Assembly (NCBI GenBank): GCA_965203445.1
Contig: OZ241883.1
Span: forward strand, 32,001-96,000
DNA from: Candidatus Oxydemutator sp.
Lineage (GTDB): Bacteria; Pseudomonadota; Gammaproteobacteria; Poriferisulfidales; Oxydemutatoraceae
Length of the DNA: 64,000 nucleotides
Direction of reading: 5' to 3'
Shown here: one piece after another, positions 28,747 to 39,668 of the stretch
How the letters are laid out: the number at the start of each line of letters is the position of its first letter
Numbering within the stretch: the stretch's first letter is position 1
Position numbers and translations under genes: made by a program
The notes under the pieces: generated by a model
Database searches by the model: none
What the model was told of the DNA's origin: nothing
Seen by the model: the letters and a program-made list of their open reading frames with translations, nothing else

Positions 28747-29895
28747 TTGATCAATGACCGTATCATGCTTGTCGCCGGCGAGGCTTCGGGGGATGAGCAC
28801 GCGGCGCGCCTGATACGGCGCTTGCGCGAGAGTGGCGATTGCGAATGCTTCGGCATGGGCGGGGGCGCGATGAGGGACGCGGGGGCGCGGCTGCTGGTGG
28901 ACTCGACGGCGTTGGCGGTGGTCGGCATCGTCGAGGTCATCCGTTATTACCCGGCGTTGCGGCGCGCGTTTCGGACGCTGGTTCGGGCCTTGCGGCGCGA
29001 GCGCCCGGCACTGCTGGTGCTGGTGGATTATCCGGAGTTCAATCTGCGGCTTGCGCGCGTCGCCTCCCGCCTCGGCGTTCCGGTTTTGTTCTATATCGCG
29101 CCGCAGGCGTGGGCGTGGCGGCGCGGGCGCGTCAAAAAAATCCGCCGGCGCGTCAGCCGGCTTGCGGTGATCCTGCCGTTCGAGCGGGCGTTCTTTGAAC
29201 AACACGGGATTGCGGCGGATTACGTCGGCCATCCGCTGGTCGAGGACGTCGCGCGCTGGGAGAGCGCGAACGACGCGCCACCGGCGCCCGCGCGCTCGCG
29301 CAAAAGCAAGACCGTGCTGCTGCTGCCCGGCAGCCGGCGCGGCGAGGTCGAGCGGCTGCTGCCGGCGTTTTGCGGCGCGGCGGAGAGATTGACGCGGCGC
29401 CTCGGCGGCCTGGTCGCCTTCCGCGTGCTGCGCGCCCCCAGCATCGGCGAAGAGATGATCGCACCGCTGCTGAATCAAGACCGTTTCGACTGCCGCTTGG
29501 CGGACGGCGGCACCTACGCGGAAATGCGGCGCGCCGACGCCGCGATCAGCGCGACCGGCACCGCGATCCTGCAACTCGCGCTGTGCGGGACGCCCGCGGT
29601 CGGCGTCTATAAACTGTCGCCGCCGACATACTTCCTGGCCAAGCGCCTGGTCAAGGTGCCGCACGCAAGCCTTGTCAACATCATTGGCGGCAAGGCGGTC
29701 ATCCCCGAACTGCTGCAAGAGGCGGCGACGCCGCAGGCTATTTGCGGCGAGACCTATAACCTGCTGACGAACGAGAGCAGGCGGCGCGACATGCTGCAAG
29801 GCTACGGCGAAGTCCGCCGGAAACTCGGCGAAAGGCGCGCGTCGGAAAGGCTTGCGGAAATTGTGCGGGAGATGATCGAGGCGACAAAGCGCTGA
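28747..29895 (+). CDS. lpxB: Lipid-A-disaccharide synthase
   Basis: VAGEASGD, VDYPEFN, YIAPQAWAWR, ILPFE, VGHPL, LLPGSR, PELLQ. Confidence 0.95.
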   Translation: MINDRIMLVAGEASGDEHAARLIRRLRESGDCECFGMGGGAMRDAGARLLVDSTALAVVGIVEVIRYYPALRRAFRTLVRALRRERPALLVLVDYPEFNLRLARVASRLGVPVLFYIAPQAWAWRRGRVKKIRRRVSRLAVILPFERAFFEQHGIAADYVGHPLVEDVARWESANDAPPAPARSRKSKTVLLLPGSRRGEVERLLPAFCGAAERLTRRLGGLVAFRVLRAPSIGEEMIAPLLNQDRFDCRLADGGTYAEMRRADAAISATGTAILQLALCGTPAVGVYKLSPPTYFLAKRLVKVPHASLVNIIGGKAVIPELLQEAATPQAICGETYNLLTNESRRRDMLQGYGEVRRKLGERRASERLAEIVREMIEATKR

Positions 29896-30019
29896 ATGAA
29901 GCCCTTTTCCAGAGACTGGTCGTTTCCAGGGGTCAATTATGCTTGCCATAGTATTACCTCGTGTTTGCCCGGGTGTTCATCGAACAACCGGCCATTTACA
30001 TCCTAACCTCATGTTCAGT

Positions 30020-30270
30020 ATGTATATTTTCCGGGATTTTTTGTATATATTTCTCGGACATGTTAAAAAAGTATATGCTTTCTGAAAACATGTATAATTT
30101 TTTGGACTTTTTGTACGTATTTCTTGGATATGTTAAGAAATTGTATGCTTTGGAGGAACGTGTATAATTTTTTGGACTTTTTGTATATGTTTCTCGGACG
30201 TGTTAAAAATGTGTACGCTTTCTGAAAACATGTATAATTTCTGAGTTTTTTTATACATATCTCCTCGAAA
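30020..30270. repeat. AT-rich 70-bp tandem repeat, about 3.5 copies
   Basis: TGTATAATTT recurs at 30091, 30161 and 30231 with conserved intervening sequence. Confidence 0.85.
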
Positions 30271-30284
30271 AAGCCGAGAAACCT

Positions 30285-31394
30285 ATGAGATCAAACACCC
30301 TCGACCCCGACCGCCCCTATAACGAGTTGCCCCCGTTGCCTCCCGCACGAGACCTCGAGACGCCCGCCATCCTGAAGGCGTGCACCCGGGCCGCCCGCGC
30401 GTTGGCGGAGCTGAAGGGAGTCTCACGCCAACTTCCCGACCCCAGAATATTATTGATCATGCTGCCCCTGCAGGAAGCCCGCAGCAGTTCGGCGATTGAA
30501 AACATCATTACGACCACGGACAAGCTTTTCCGCGCAAGCGCGTTGGACGACGCAAACGCGGACCCCAGCACAAAAGAAGTGCTTCGTTACCGCCAGGCAA
30601 TGGACGTCGGAGAACGGCTACTCAAAAAAAACGACTTGCTCACGACCCGCCTGCTGGAGGGAGTCTGCTCGATTCTGCTCAGCAGGGAAATGCGCGTACG
30701 CGCCGTGCCGGGCACAAAACTGAAAAACGCAAATACCGGAGAAACAATCTCCACGCCGCCGGAGGGAGAAGACCACCTGAGAAAATTGCTGGCCAATCTG
30801 GAGAAGTTCATACACGACTATGCGCACGCCGATCCGCTGATCAAAATGGGCGTCATCCACTACCAGTTCGAGGCGATCCATCCGTTCCACGACGGCAACG
30901 GGCGCACCGGGCGCATCCTGAACATCCTGTATCTGATGCAGAACAAACTGCTGCATCTGCCGATTCTGTATCTGAGCCGCTACTTCATCGAAAACCGCCG
31001 TGGCTATTACCACAACCTCGGCCAGGTCACGCGCACCGGAGAGTGGCAGCCGTGGATCCTGTATATGCTGAAGGCGGTGGAGGAGACGGCGCGGCAGACT
31101 TCGGATCAGATAGAGGAAATAGACGCTCTTTTCCGCGAACGCCTGGAGCAGGCCAAGGCGCGGGTGGGCGGCGCGCACGCGAAAGAAATGCTGGAGTTGG
31201 TGTTCACCAGACCATACATCCGGATCAAAACCGTAGCGGAGCACCTCGGCATCTCCAGGCAGACGGCGCGAAAATATCTACAGAAGTGGGCCGACGCCGA
31301 ACTGCTGACCAGCGAGAAAAGCGGGCGCGACCTTTTGTTCATCAACGATGCCTTGATGAAACTGTTCCTGGAAGAGGGAGAACAAGCGATCTGA
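30285..31394 (+). CDS. Fic-family AMP transferase with N-terminal inhibitory motif and C-terminal HTH
   Basis: PYNELPPLP, SSAIENI (S/T-xxx-E-G/N), HPFHDGNGRTGR, ISRQTARKYL. Confidence 0.93.
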   Translation: MRSNTLDPDRPYNELPPLPPARDLETPAILKACTRAARALAELKGVSRQLPDPRILLIMLPLQEARSSSAIENIITTTDKLFRASALDDANADPSTKEVLRYRQAMDVGERLLKKNDLLTTRLLEGVCSILLSREMRVRAVPGTKLKNANTGETISTPPEGEDHLRKLLANLEKFIHDYAHADPLIKMGVIHYQFEAIHPFHDGNGRTGRILNILYLMQNKLLHLPILYLSRYFIENRRGYYHNLGQVTRTGEWQPWILYMLKAVEETARQTSDQIEEIDALFRERLEQAKARVGGAHAKEMLELVFTRPYIRIKTVAEHLGISRQTARKYLQKWADAELLTSEKSGRDLLFINDALMKLFLEEGEQAI

Positions 31395-31440
31395 TCCGGG
31401 GATCACTCCCTGCCCGCCGCCCGCCGCCCGCGCCCGCCGC

Positions 31441-32541
31441 TCAGCGAGACGCCGGCGGGGTGCCGTCGCCCAGATGCACCGTCGTCGTCGGAAACGCGAT
31501 CTCGGCGCCTTGCCGTTCGATCACGTCGTGCACCTTCAACAAAACGTCCTGCTTGACCTCGTGGAACTTCGCCCAATCGGTGGTCTTCGTATAGACGTAG
31601 ATCAGGATGTCCACCGACGAGGCGGAAAACTCGTCGAGATTGACGATGACGACCTTGTCCGTATCAATCTCGGGGTGCCCGCGCAGCATTTGTTTGACGC
31701 CCTCGGCGATGGCCGCCACTTTGGCGACGTCGTCGTAGCGCACGCCGACCGCCTCGTTGATGCGGCGGTGGCTCATGCGCGACGGGTTCTCGACGGCGAC
31801 GTTGGCGAACACCGAATTGGGCACGTAGAGCGGACGCTGATCGAAGGTGCGGATGCGCGTAAGCCGCCAGCCGATGTTCTCCACGGTGCCCTCTATGTCG
31901 CGGTCGGGCGAGCGGATCCAGTCGCCTTCGGTGAACGGGCGGTCCAAGTAGATCATCAGGCCGCCGAAGAAGTTGGCCAGCAGATCCTTGGCCGCGAAGC
32001 CGACGACGATGCCGCCGATGCCGCCGAACGTCAGCAGCCCGGCGATGCTGTAGCCCATCGTCTGCAACGCCATCAGGGCCGCGGTTACGACGACCGACGC
32101 GCGCAGCAGTTTGTTCAGCGCGCGCGTGCCGGCGCGGTCGAGCATTTTGTCTCCGGCGTCGTCGGCGAGCAGGCGCTGCTCCACCCCGCGCAAAAAGCGC
32201 AGCACGAACCACGCCAGCGTGCCGATGACCAGCAGTTTTCTGACGGTGGCGATCAGCCCGGTGAACCAGGCGTCGCCAGCGTGCCACGTGAACTCGGCGG
32301 CGTAGCTGATGCCGAGCGTCCACACGAACACCGTCAGCGGCGTCTTCAGGCTGGTCAGCAGCACGTCGTCCCACTTCGTCTGCGTGCGCCCGGCGCGCTC
32401 GATCAGTTTGCGGATGCCGCGGTTCAGCAGCCAACTGGCGACCATCACCGCAAATACGATCGCGAACAGCGCCAATACCAGCCACAGCGGCGAGTCCGGG
32501 CCGAACCCAAAATAATTCGATTGTTGCAGCCACTCCTGCAT
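31441..32541 (-). CDS. MscS-family mechanosensitive channel
   Basis: GFAAKDLLANFFGG, DRPFTEGDWI, GTVENIGWRLTRIR, IAFPT. Confidence 0.93.
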   Translation of the reverse strand: MQEWLQQSNYFGFGPDSPLWLVLALFAIVFAVMVASWLLNRGIRKLIERAGRTQTKWDDVLLTSLKTPLTVFVWTLGISYAAEFTWHAGDAWFTGLIATVRKLLVIGTLAWFVLRFLRGVEQRLLADDAGDKMLDRAGTRALNKLLRASVVVTAALMALQTMGYSIAGLLTFGGIGGIVVGFAAKDLLANFFGGLMIYLDRPFTEGDWIRSPDRDIEGTVENIGWRLTRIRTFDQRPLYVPNSVFANVAVENPSRMSHRRINEAVGVRYDDVAKVAAIAEGVKQMLRGHPEIDTDKVVIVNLDEFSASSVDILIYVYTKTTDWAKFHEVKQDVLLKVHDVIERQGAEIAFPTTTVHLGDGTPPASR

Positions 32542-32623
32542 GGTGTCTCCTTCTTTGAATGAACGCTTGGATTAACGCCCCGAATCAACGTCGGGCGTCA
32601 ACGTCGCCCGCCGACGTTGTTCG

Positions 32624-33655
32624 TCAACGCGGCGACGCCGCGAACCTCTCCAACAACGCGACCGCCTGCGCATAATCGAACGCCTGGCCGACGGCGGCGG
32701 CGCGCGCGCGACGTACCGAATCCCAGCGCCGCGCCGCCGCCGCGCCGTAGCGTTCGGCTTCGGCGTCGTCGAAACCGGCCATCAGTCGCCGCGCCATCGC
32801 GCGATTATTGCAGACTAAGGCCACGTCGCAACCGGCATCCAAGGCCCGTTTCAGCGCGGCGGCGTCGGGGGACAGGCTGCCGCTCATGCCGAGGTCGTCG
32901 GTGAACGCGACGCCGCCGAACCCCATTCGCCCGCGCAGCACGTCGCGCAGCCAATAACGCGACAGGCTTGCGGGCCGGTCGTCGGCCTCGGCATAGACCA
33001 CGTGCGACAACATCACCGCGTCGAGCAGGCGCCGCGACGCCAGCATCTCGAAGGGTTTGAGATCGAGGGCCGCTATCGCGTCGAGCCTGCGCCCGTCGAG
33101 GACGCGGCGATGATGGGTGTCGCCTGCCGCCGAACCGTGTCCGGGAAAATGCTTGGCGACCGCGATCATGCCGGCGTCGTGCAGCCCGGTGATGAACGCG
33201 CCGCCGAGCGCGGCTATGGCATGCGGATCACGATGGAACGCGCGCTCGCCGATGACGCCGCCGGCACCGGTGTGGACGTCCAACACCGGCGCGAAACTGA
33301 AATCAACGCCGACGCCCTGCAACTCGCGCGCGACGACGCGCCCGAACGCGCGCGCGACCGCCAGCGCCTCGTCGCGGTCGCGGTCGTAACGCCGTCCGAC
33401 GGCCGCGGCTTGCGGCAGCGCGGTGAAATGCGCGCGCAGCCGCTGGACGTCGGCGCTTTCCTGATCCACCGCGATTTGCAGGCCCGGTTTCAGTGCGTGA
33501 ACGTCGTCGCACAACGCGCGCAACTGTTCCGGTTCGCGGTAGTTGCGCGCAAACAGCACGACGCCGCCGACCAGCGGGTGCGCCAACAATTCTCTTTCCT
33601 CGGGCGTCGGGGCGAGGCCGTCGAGACCCAGCATGAACACGCCGGCGTCAGCCAT
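32624..33655 (-). CDS. nagZ: Beta-N-acetylhexosaminidase (GH3)
   Basis: GGVVLFARN, AVDQE, FAPVLD, KHFPGHG, FTDDLGM. Confidence 0.9.
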   Translation of the reverse strand: MADAGVFMLGLDGLAPTPEERELLAHPLVGGVVLFARNYREPEQLRALCDDVHALKPGLQIAVDQESADVQRLRAHFTALPQAAAVGRRYDRDRDEALAVARAFGRVVARELQGVGVDFSFAPVLDVHTGAGGVIGERAFHRDPHAIAALGGAFITGLHDAGMIAVAKHFPGHGSAAGDTHHRRVLDGRRLDAIAALDLKPFEMLASRRLLDAVMLSHVVYAEADDRPASLSRYWLRDVLRGRMGFGGVAFTDDLGMSGSLSPDAAALKRALDAGCDVALVCNNRAMARRLMAGFDDAEAERYGAAAARRWDSVRRARAAAVGQAFDYAQAVALLERFAASPR

Positions 33656-34433
33656 CACGGCGCCCCCACCCCGACGCTTCGGCGACAATCGCAATCCCCT
33701 CCAACACCAGATTCGGCGCCGCCACGCAATTCTCGAAAACCGCAAGCGTTCGCGCCCCGCCGCCGGTCAGCACGAGCGGGGCGTCGGCGTCGCGTTGCGC
33801 GCGCATGTCGCGGATGATGGATTCGACTCCGGCGGCGACAACGCGCCGGCAACCGGCGGCGACGGCTTCGTCGGTGGCGGTGGCGAAGAGGTCGTCTTTG
33901 GAGACGGCGGCTTCGGAGGCCGCGGCAAAAGCGGCCCGCCGCAAACCATGCGTCCGACGACACAGGGCGTCTCGCAGCAAGCCGGCGCCGGGCAGTATCA
34001 CGCCGCCGTGGTGCAGTCCGTCGCCGTCGAGGTAATCCAACGTCAGCGCGGTGCCGCAATCCGCGACGATACACGAGCGCTTCAGGCGCCGCCGCGCCGC
34101 GATCAGCGCAAGGCAGCGGTCGGCGCCGAGCTGGTCCGCGCGGTAGCGCGTCGCAACGCCGCACGCCGGCAACGCCGGCGAGAGAAAGATCGGATCGGGC
34201 GCGTCGTCGCCAAAAGCCGTGCGCACGGCTTGCGCGACGCGGGCGTCGCATTCGGCGCCGGCGACGCTTGCAATATGCACCGATTGCGGTGCTTGGCGCA
34301 GACGTTGTCTCAACGAGCGCCGCAGTCCGTCGCCGAGATCGGCGGTCGGCAACGCGGCGCAAAACGCGACCGCGCCTTCGTCCACGCGCGCGTACTTGCA
34401 GCGGCTGTTGCCGACGTCTATCAGTAATCTCAC
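33648..34433 (-). CDS. coaX: Type III pantothenate kinase
   Basis: LLIDVGNS, LGADR, DCGTALTLD, GGVILPG, LTGGG, NLVLEG. Confidence 0.9.
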   Translation of the reverse strand: MRLLIDVGNSRCKYARVDEGAVAFCAALPTADLGDGLRRSLRQRLRQAPQSVHIASVAGAECDARVAQAVRTAFGDDAPDPIFLSPALPACGVATRYRADQLGADRCLALIAARRRLKRSCIVADCGTALTLDYLDGDGLHHGGVILPGAGLLRDALCRRTHGLRRAAFAAASEAAVSKDDLFATATDEAVAAGCRRVVAAGVESIIRDMRAQRDADAPLVLTGGGARTLAVFENCVAAPNLVLEGIAIVAEASGWGRRDG

Positions 34434-34462
34434 GCTACTCTCGCGTTCCGCTCGCGTTCCGC

Positions 34463-35290
34463 TCAGGCGGGCGGGCGCACGCGCACTTCCTCGCAGCGGC
34501 AAATCCTGACGCCCTTTGGCGTTTCGACGCGCAGGCAGGCTTGTTCGTCCACGCCGCGCGCGACGCCGCGGAAAGAAGCGCGCGCGACGCCCGCCGTCGG
34601 CACAACCTCGACCGGCTTGTCGCGCAACAGATCGAGCGGCGCGAAACGCCTTGCCAGCGAGCCCTTTGTGGCCGACGACGTGCAGTCGGCCGCCTCGAAG
34701 ACGGCCTCGATGACAAGCGCCGCGACGCGGTCGCCGTCCGGCGAAGGCAGACCGGCGTCGGCCAACGTCGCCCCCGACGTCGTCCCCAACGTCGTCCCCG
34801 AGCGCTCGATTGCGGCGCCCGCGTCCCGCGGCAACGCGACGTTGACGCCGACGCCGGCCACGCACAACGACCCGCGCCGCTCGATCAGAACACCGGCGAG
34901 TTTTCCGGCGCCGCAATACAGATCGTTCGGCCACTTGACGCCGACCCGCGTAGCACTCGCCTCGCACAGGCGTCGCGCCAACGCGACGGCGATCATCAAA
35001 CCGAGCCAGCCGGCGCGCGTCTCGTCCGGCGACGCGCGCCACGCCGCCGACAGATACACGCCGCCCGCGGGCGAAATCCAGGAGCGCCCGCGGCGCCCGC
35101 GCCCCGCCGTCTGCCGGCGCGCCAGGCACAACGTGAATTTCCTGTACGGCGGCGGCGCCCTCGACAGCAGATAATCGTTGGTCGAGTCGACGACGTCGAG
35201 CGCGCAAAACGCGGCGATGCGCCGTCGCGCGCGCAGCGGCAGCCGCGTAAGCAGACGGGCGGAAGCAAAAGGGGAGACGGCGGCTTGCAC
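34463..35290 (-). CDS. birA: Biotin-protein ligase lacking an N-terminal HTH
   Basis: VDSTN, QTAGRGRRGRSW, KWPNDL, KLAGVLIE. Confidence 0.9.
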   Translation of the reverse strand: MQAAVSPFASARLLTRLPLRARRRIAAFCALDVVDSTNDYLLSRAPPPYRKFTLCLARRQTAGRGRRGRSWISPAGGVYLSAAWRASPDETRAGWLGLMIAVALARRLCEASATRVGVKWPNDLYCGAGKLAGVLIERRGSLCVAGVGVNVALPRDAGAAIERSGTTLGTTSGATLADAGLPSPDGDRVAALVIEAVFEAADCTSSATKGSLARRFAPLDLLRDKPVEVVPTAGVARASFRGVARGVDEQACLRVETPKGVRICRCEEVRVRPPA

Positions 35291-35399
35291 AACGCCGCTA
35301 TTTTATATCGGCTTTACGTCGGCGCGCCGCGGCGCGGCGAATACACGGAGATTTGTCGGCGGACGAAAGGCACCCACCCAGGCTTGCGGCTGATAACTC

Positions 35400-36479
35400 C
35401 TATTCGCGGCACGGAATGTAGCGCAGGTATTCCATGTCCGTGCGCACTTTCTGTCCGTCCGGCGACAATACCACGTAACCGTATTCGTGGGCCAACGCGA
35501 CGGCGTCATCATCCACGGTCATGCCCGCCACCACCGGCACCAGGATTCTGCCGCGCAACTCCGGCAACCTGCGCATGGCGTTCGGCAGCAACGTCTTGTG
35601 CACCTTCTCCACGTCGGTCTTGCGCAATCGCAGCTTGATCTCGACGACGGCGACGTACTTCCCGTTGTGCATGACCAGATCGTATTCCGCTCTCCTGCCG
35701 CGGCGGTCAACTATGACGTTGGGGCGAATTTCTCCAAAATGCATACCGCCGATCCAGCGGTTTTTTCTCAGCGCCTCGTAGAAGAAGTCTTCCGCTAAGC
35801 GGCCATGTGTCTCGCCCATGCCGCCGACCAGCTCTTTGAGCTTCTCCCATTTCTGATCGCGCTTGTGCTCGAGTTTCTCGCGTTCCTGTTCGAGCCTCTT
35901 CCGTTCCTGCTCGAGCTTCTGCCGTTTCTGCTCGCGTTCCTGATCGCGTTCCCGCTCGAGCTTCTCCCATTCCTGCTTGCGTTCCTGCTCGAGCTTCTGC
36001 TCGAGCTTCTCGCGTTCCCGCTCGAGCTTCTCCCATTCCCGCTTGCGTTCCTGCTCGCGCTTCTCCCACTCACGCTCGCGCTCCTGCTCGAGCCTCTCCT
36101 GCTCCTGCTTGCGTTCCTGCTCACGCTTCTGCTCGAGCTTCTCGCGCTCCTGCTCGCGCTTCTCCCACTCACGCTCGCGCTCCTGCTCGAGCCTCTCCTG
36201 CTCCTGCTTGCGTTCCTGCTCACGCTTCTGCTCGAGCTTCTCGCGCTCCTGCTCGCGCTTCTCCCATTCACGCTCGTGCCTCTGCTCGCGCTCGGCGTCG
36301 GCTTTATGGCGCTCAGCCCTCTCCCTTTCGAAGGCCGTCATCATCTCGTTCAATCTCGCCCTGAAGTCGGCGCGATCTCTGACGCTGTCTCGGGTGGCCT
36401 TGGCCTGAATTGCGGCGGCCTGGCCCAGGTATCTCTCGGCGCGATCCAGATAGTCTCGTGTTTTTTCGGAGTCGTTCAT
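35400..36479 (-). CDS. Charged coiled-coil repeat protein with C-terminal PD-(D/E)xK nuclease-like domain (DUF3782-like)
   Basis: E/R/K/Q repeats, then GRLAEDFF and EYDLV...VVEIK; TACAAT 7 nt before ATG 36479. Confidence 0.75.
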   Translation of the reverse strand: MNDSEKTRDYLDRAERYLGQAAAIQAKATRDSVRDRADFRARLNEMMTAFERERAERHKADAEREQRHEREWEKREQEREKLEQKREQERKQEQERLEQEREREWEKREQEREKLEQKREQERKQEQERLEQEREREWEKREQERKREWEKLEREREKLEQKLEQERKQEWEKLERERDQEREQKRQKLEQERKRLEQEREKLEHKRDQKWEKLKELVGGMGETHGRLAEDFFYEALRKNRWIGGMHFGEIRPNVIVDRRGRRAEYDLVMHNGKYVAVVEIKLRLRKTDVEKVHKTLLPNAMRRLPELRGRILVPVVAGMTVDDDAVALAHEYGYVVLSPDGQKVRTDMEYLRYIPCRE

Positions 36480-36766
36480 GGCGTTCATTGTATATTGGTG
36501 TTCGCCGCGCGCAAGCGGCAAACACCGGCGGTCGCGGAGTCACACTGCGCCCCGGCCAACCCTTTCTACCATTCGTCGGATGACTTCTTCCGCGCAATCT
36601 GCAAGTTGCATTTCCACCTGCCACTCGTCGCCGTTTTTGTGAATACTCTGCTCTTCGTCGGCTATTTGGGGCATCTCGTCGCAGCGGCTTCGGTATGGCC
36701 GGATGGTTGCGTATATAATTCCCGGCCAAAACGTCCAAAATGTCCAAAACGAGGGGAGGAACACAA

Positions 36767-37363
36767 ATGGCGATGCAAGACAAAACATCCAAAGCCGCGG
36801 GCGCCTTGAAGACGACGTGCGCGGCCGCCGTGCTGGCGCTGTTCGCCACCGCCGCGCCCGCCGCCGACTACACGATAGACGAGAGCCACGCCTTCATCCA
36901 ATTTCGCGTCAAGCACCTGGGCTATAGCTGGCTGGTGGGCAGGTTCAACCGCTTTTCCGGCGCGTTCTCATACGATGCCGACGGCGGCGGCATGGGCGAG
37001 GTCGAGGTCGAGATTGACACCGCGAGCGTGGACAGCAACCACGCCGAGCGCGACAAGCACCTGCGCAACGAGGACTTCCTCGACGTGGCGAAATACCCGA
37101 GCGCGACGTTTCGCGCCACGCGCTACGACGGCGACGCCGACGGCGGCACGCTGCACGGTGCGCTGACGCTGCACGGCCACGTGCGCCCGCTCGCAATCAC
37201 GGTGCGCAAGATCGGCGAAGGCCCCGACCCGTGGGGCGGCTACCGCGCCGGCTTCGAGGGCAAGGTCGTCTTTGCGCTCGCCGACTTCGGCATTGATTAC
37301 GACCTGGGGCCGACGGCAAAGAACGTCGAGATGGAACTGCACATCGAGGGCATCCGGCGCTGA
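36767..37363 (+). CDS. yceI: YceI-family periplasmic protein
   Basis: Signal peptide; FRVKHLGYSW..GRF, SVDSNHAERDKHLR, DPWGGYRAGF. Confidence 0.92.
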   Translation: MAMQDKTSKAAGALKTTCAAAVLALFATAAPAADYTIDESHAFIQFRVKHLGYSWLVGRFNRFSGAFSYDADGGGMGEVEVEIDTASVDSNHAERDKHLRNEDFLDVAKYPSATFRATRYDGDADGGTLHGALTLHGHVRPLAITVRKIGEGPDPWGGYRAGFEGKVVFALADFGIDYDLGPTAKNVEMELHIEGIRR

Positions 37364-37926
37364 TGCGCGCGCGACCGGCGCGACCGGCATACTCGGCGCG
37401 CTATGGCGTCGTCGCGCGGGCGATGCACTGGCTGATCGCGGCGCTGATTCTGTCCATGGTCGCGCTCGGCGCGTGGCTGGTCGCGGCCGGCTATTACGAC
37501 CGCTGGTATCAGGACGCGCTGTTCTGGCATCGCGCGCTCGGGATCGCGGTGCTGCCGCTGGCGGCGTTTTACATCGTGTGGCGCGGCGTGCGTCCCAAGC
37601 CCGCGCCCGCCGCCGGCCTCGCCGCCTGGGAACGCGCCGCGGCCACGGCGGCGCACCGCGCGTTCTTCGTGCTGATGTTCGCGCTGCCGGTGAGCGGCTA
37701 TCTGATCTCGGCGGCCGCCGGCGCGCGGGTGCCGCTGCCGGGAGGCCTCGCAATTCCGGCGCCCGCGTCTTTCGGCGTCGAGATCGGCGACGGCCTGCGC
37801 GCGCTCGCCGAGCAGGCGCATTACTGGCTTGGCTACGGCGTGGCGGCCTTGGCCGCGATCCACGCCGCGGCCGCGATCAAACATCAGTGGTTCGACGGCA
37901 ACGGCGTGCTGCGCCGGATGTGGTGA
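37363..37926 (+). CDS. Cytochrome b561 (YceJ-like)
   Basis: RYGVVARAMHW, WHRALG, LPVSGY, IHAAAAIKHQ, LRRM. Confidence 0.88.
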   Translation: MRARPARPAYSARYGVVARAMHWLIAALILSMVALGAWLVAAGYYDRWYQDALFWHRALGIAVLPLAAFYIVWRGVRPKPAPAAGLAAWERAAATAAHRAFFVLMFALPVSGYLISAAAGARVPLPGGLAIPAPASFGVEIGDGLRALAEQAHYWLGYGVAALAAIHAAAAIKHQWFDGNGVLRRMW

Positions 37927-37939
37927 AGCGGGCGCGACG

Positions 37940-39646
<1,707 letters not shown>

Positions 39647-39668
39647 GGCGGGTGACGCGCAGCGCCGA

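Noticed and set aside
30020-30270. CRISPR array, or the 68-aa ORF 29961-30167 as a gene
   Set aside because: The whole 70-bp unit is repeated, with no unique spacers; the ORF is a by-product of the repeat.
36726-36752. 9-bp repeat CCAAAAYGT, about 3 copies, upstream of yceI
   Set aside because: Too short to assign a function; similar short stutters occur elsewhere (2572-2635, 34761-34800).
35805-36809. Leu-rich 334-aa plus-strand ORF
   Set aside because: Antisense of the E/R/K/Q repeat gene.
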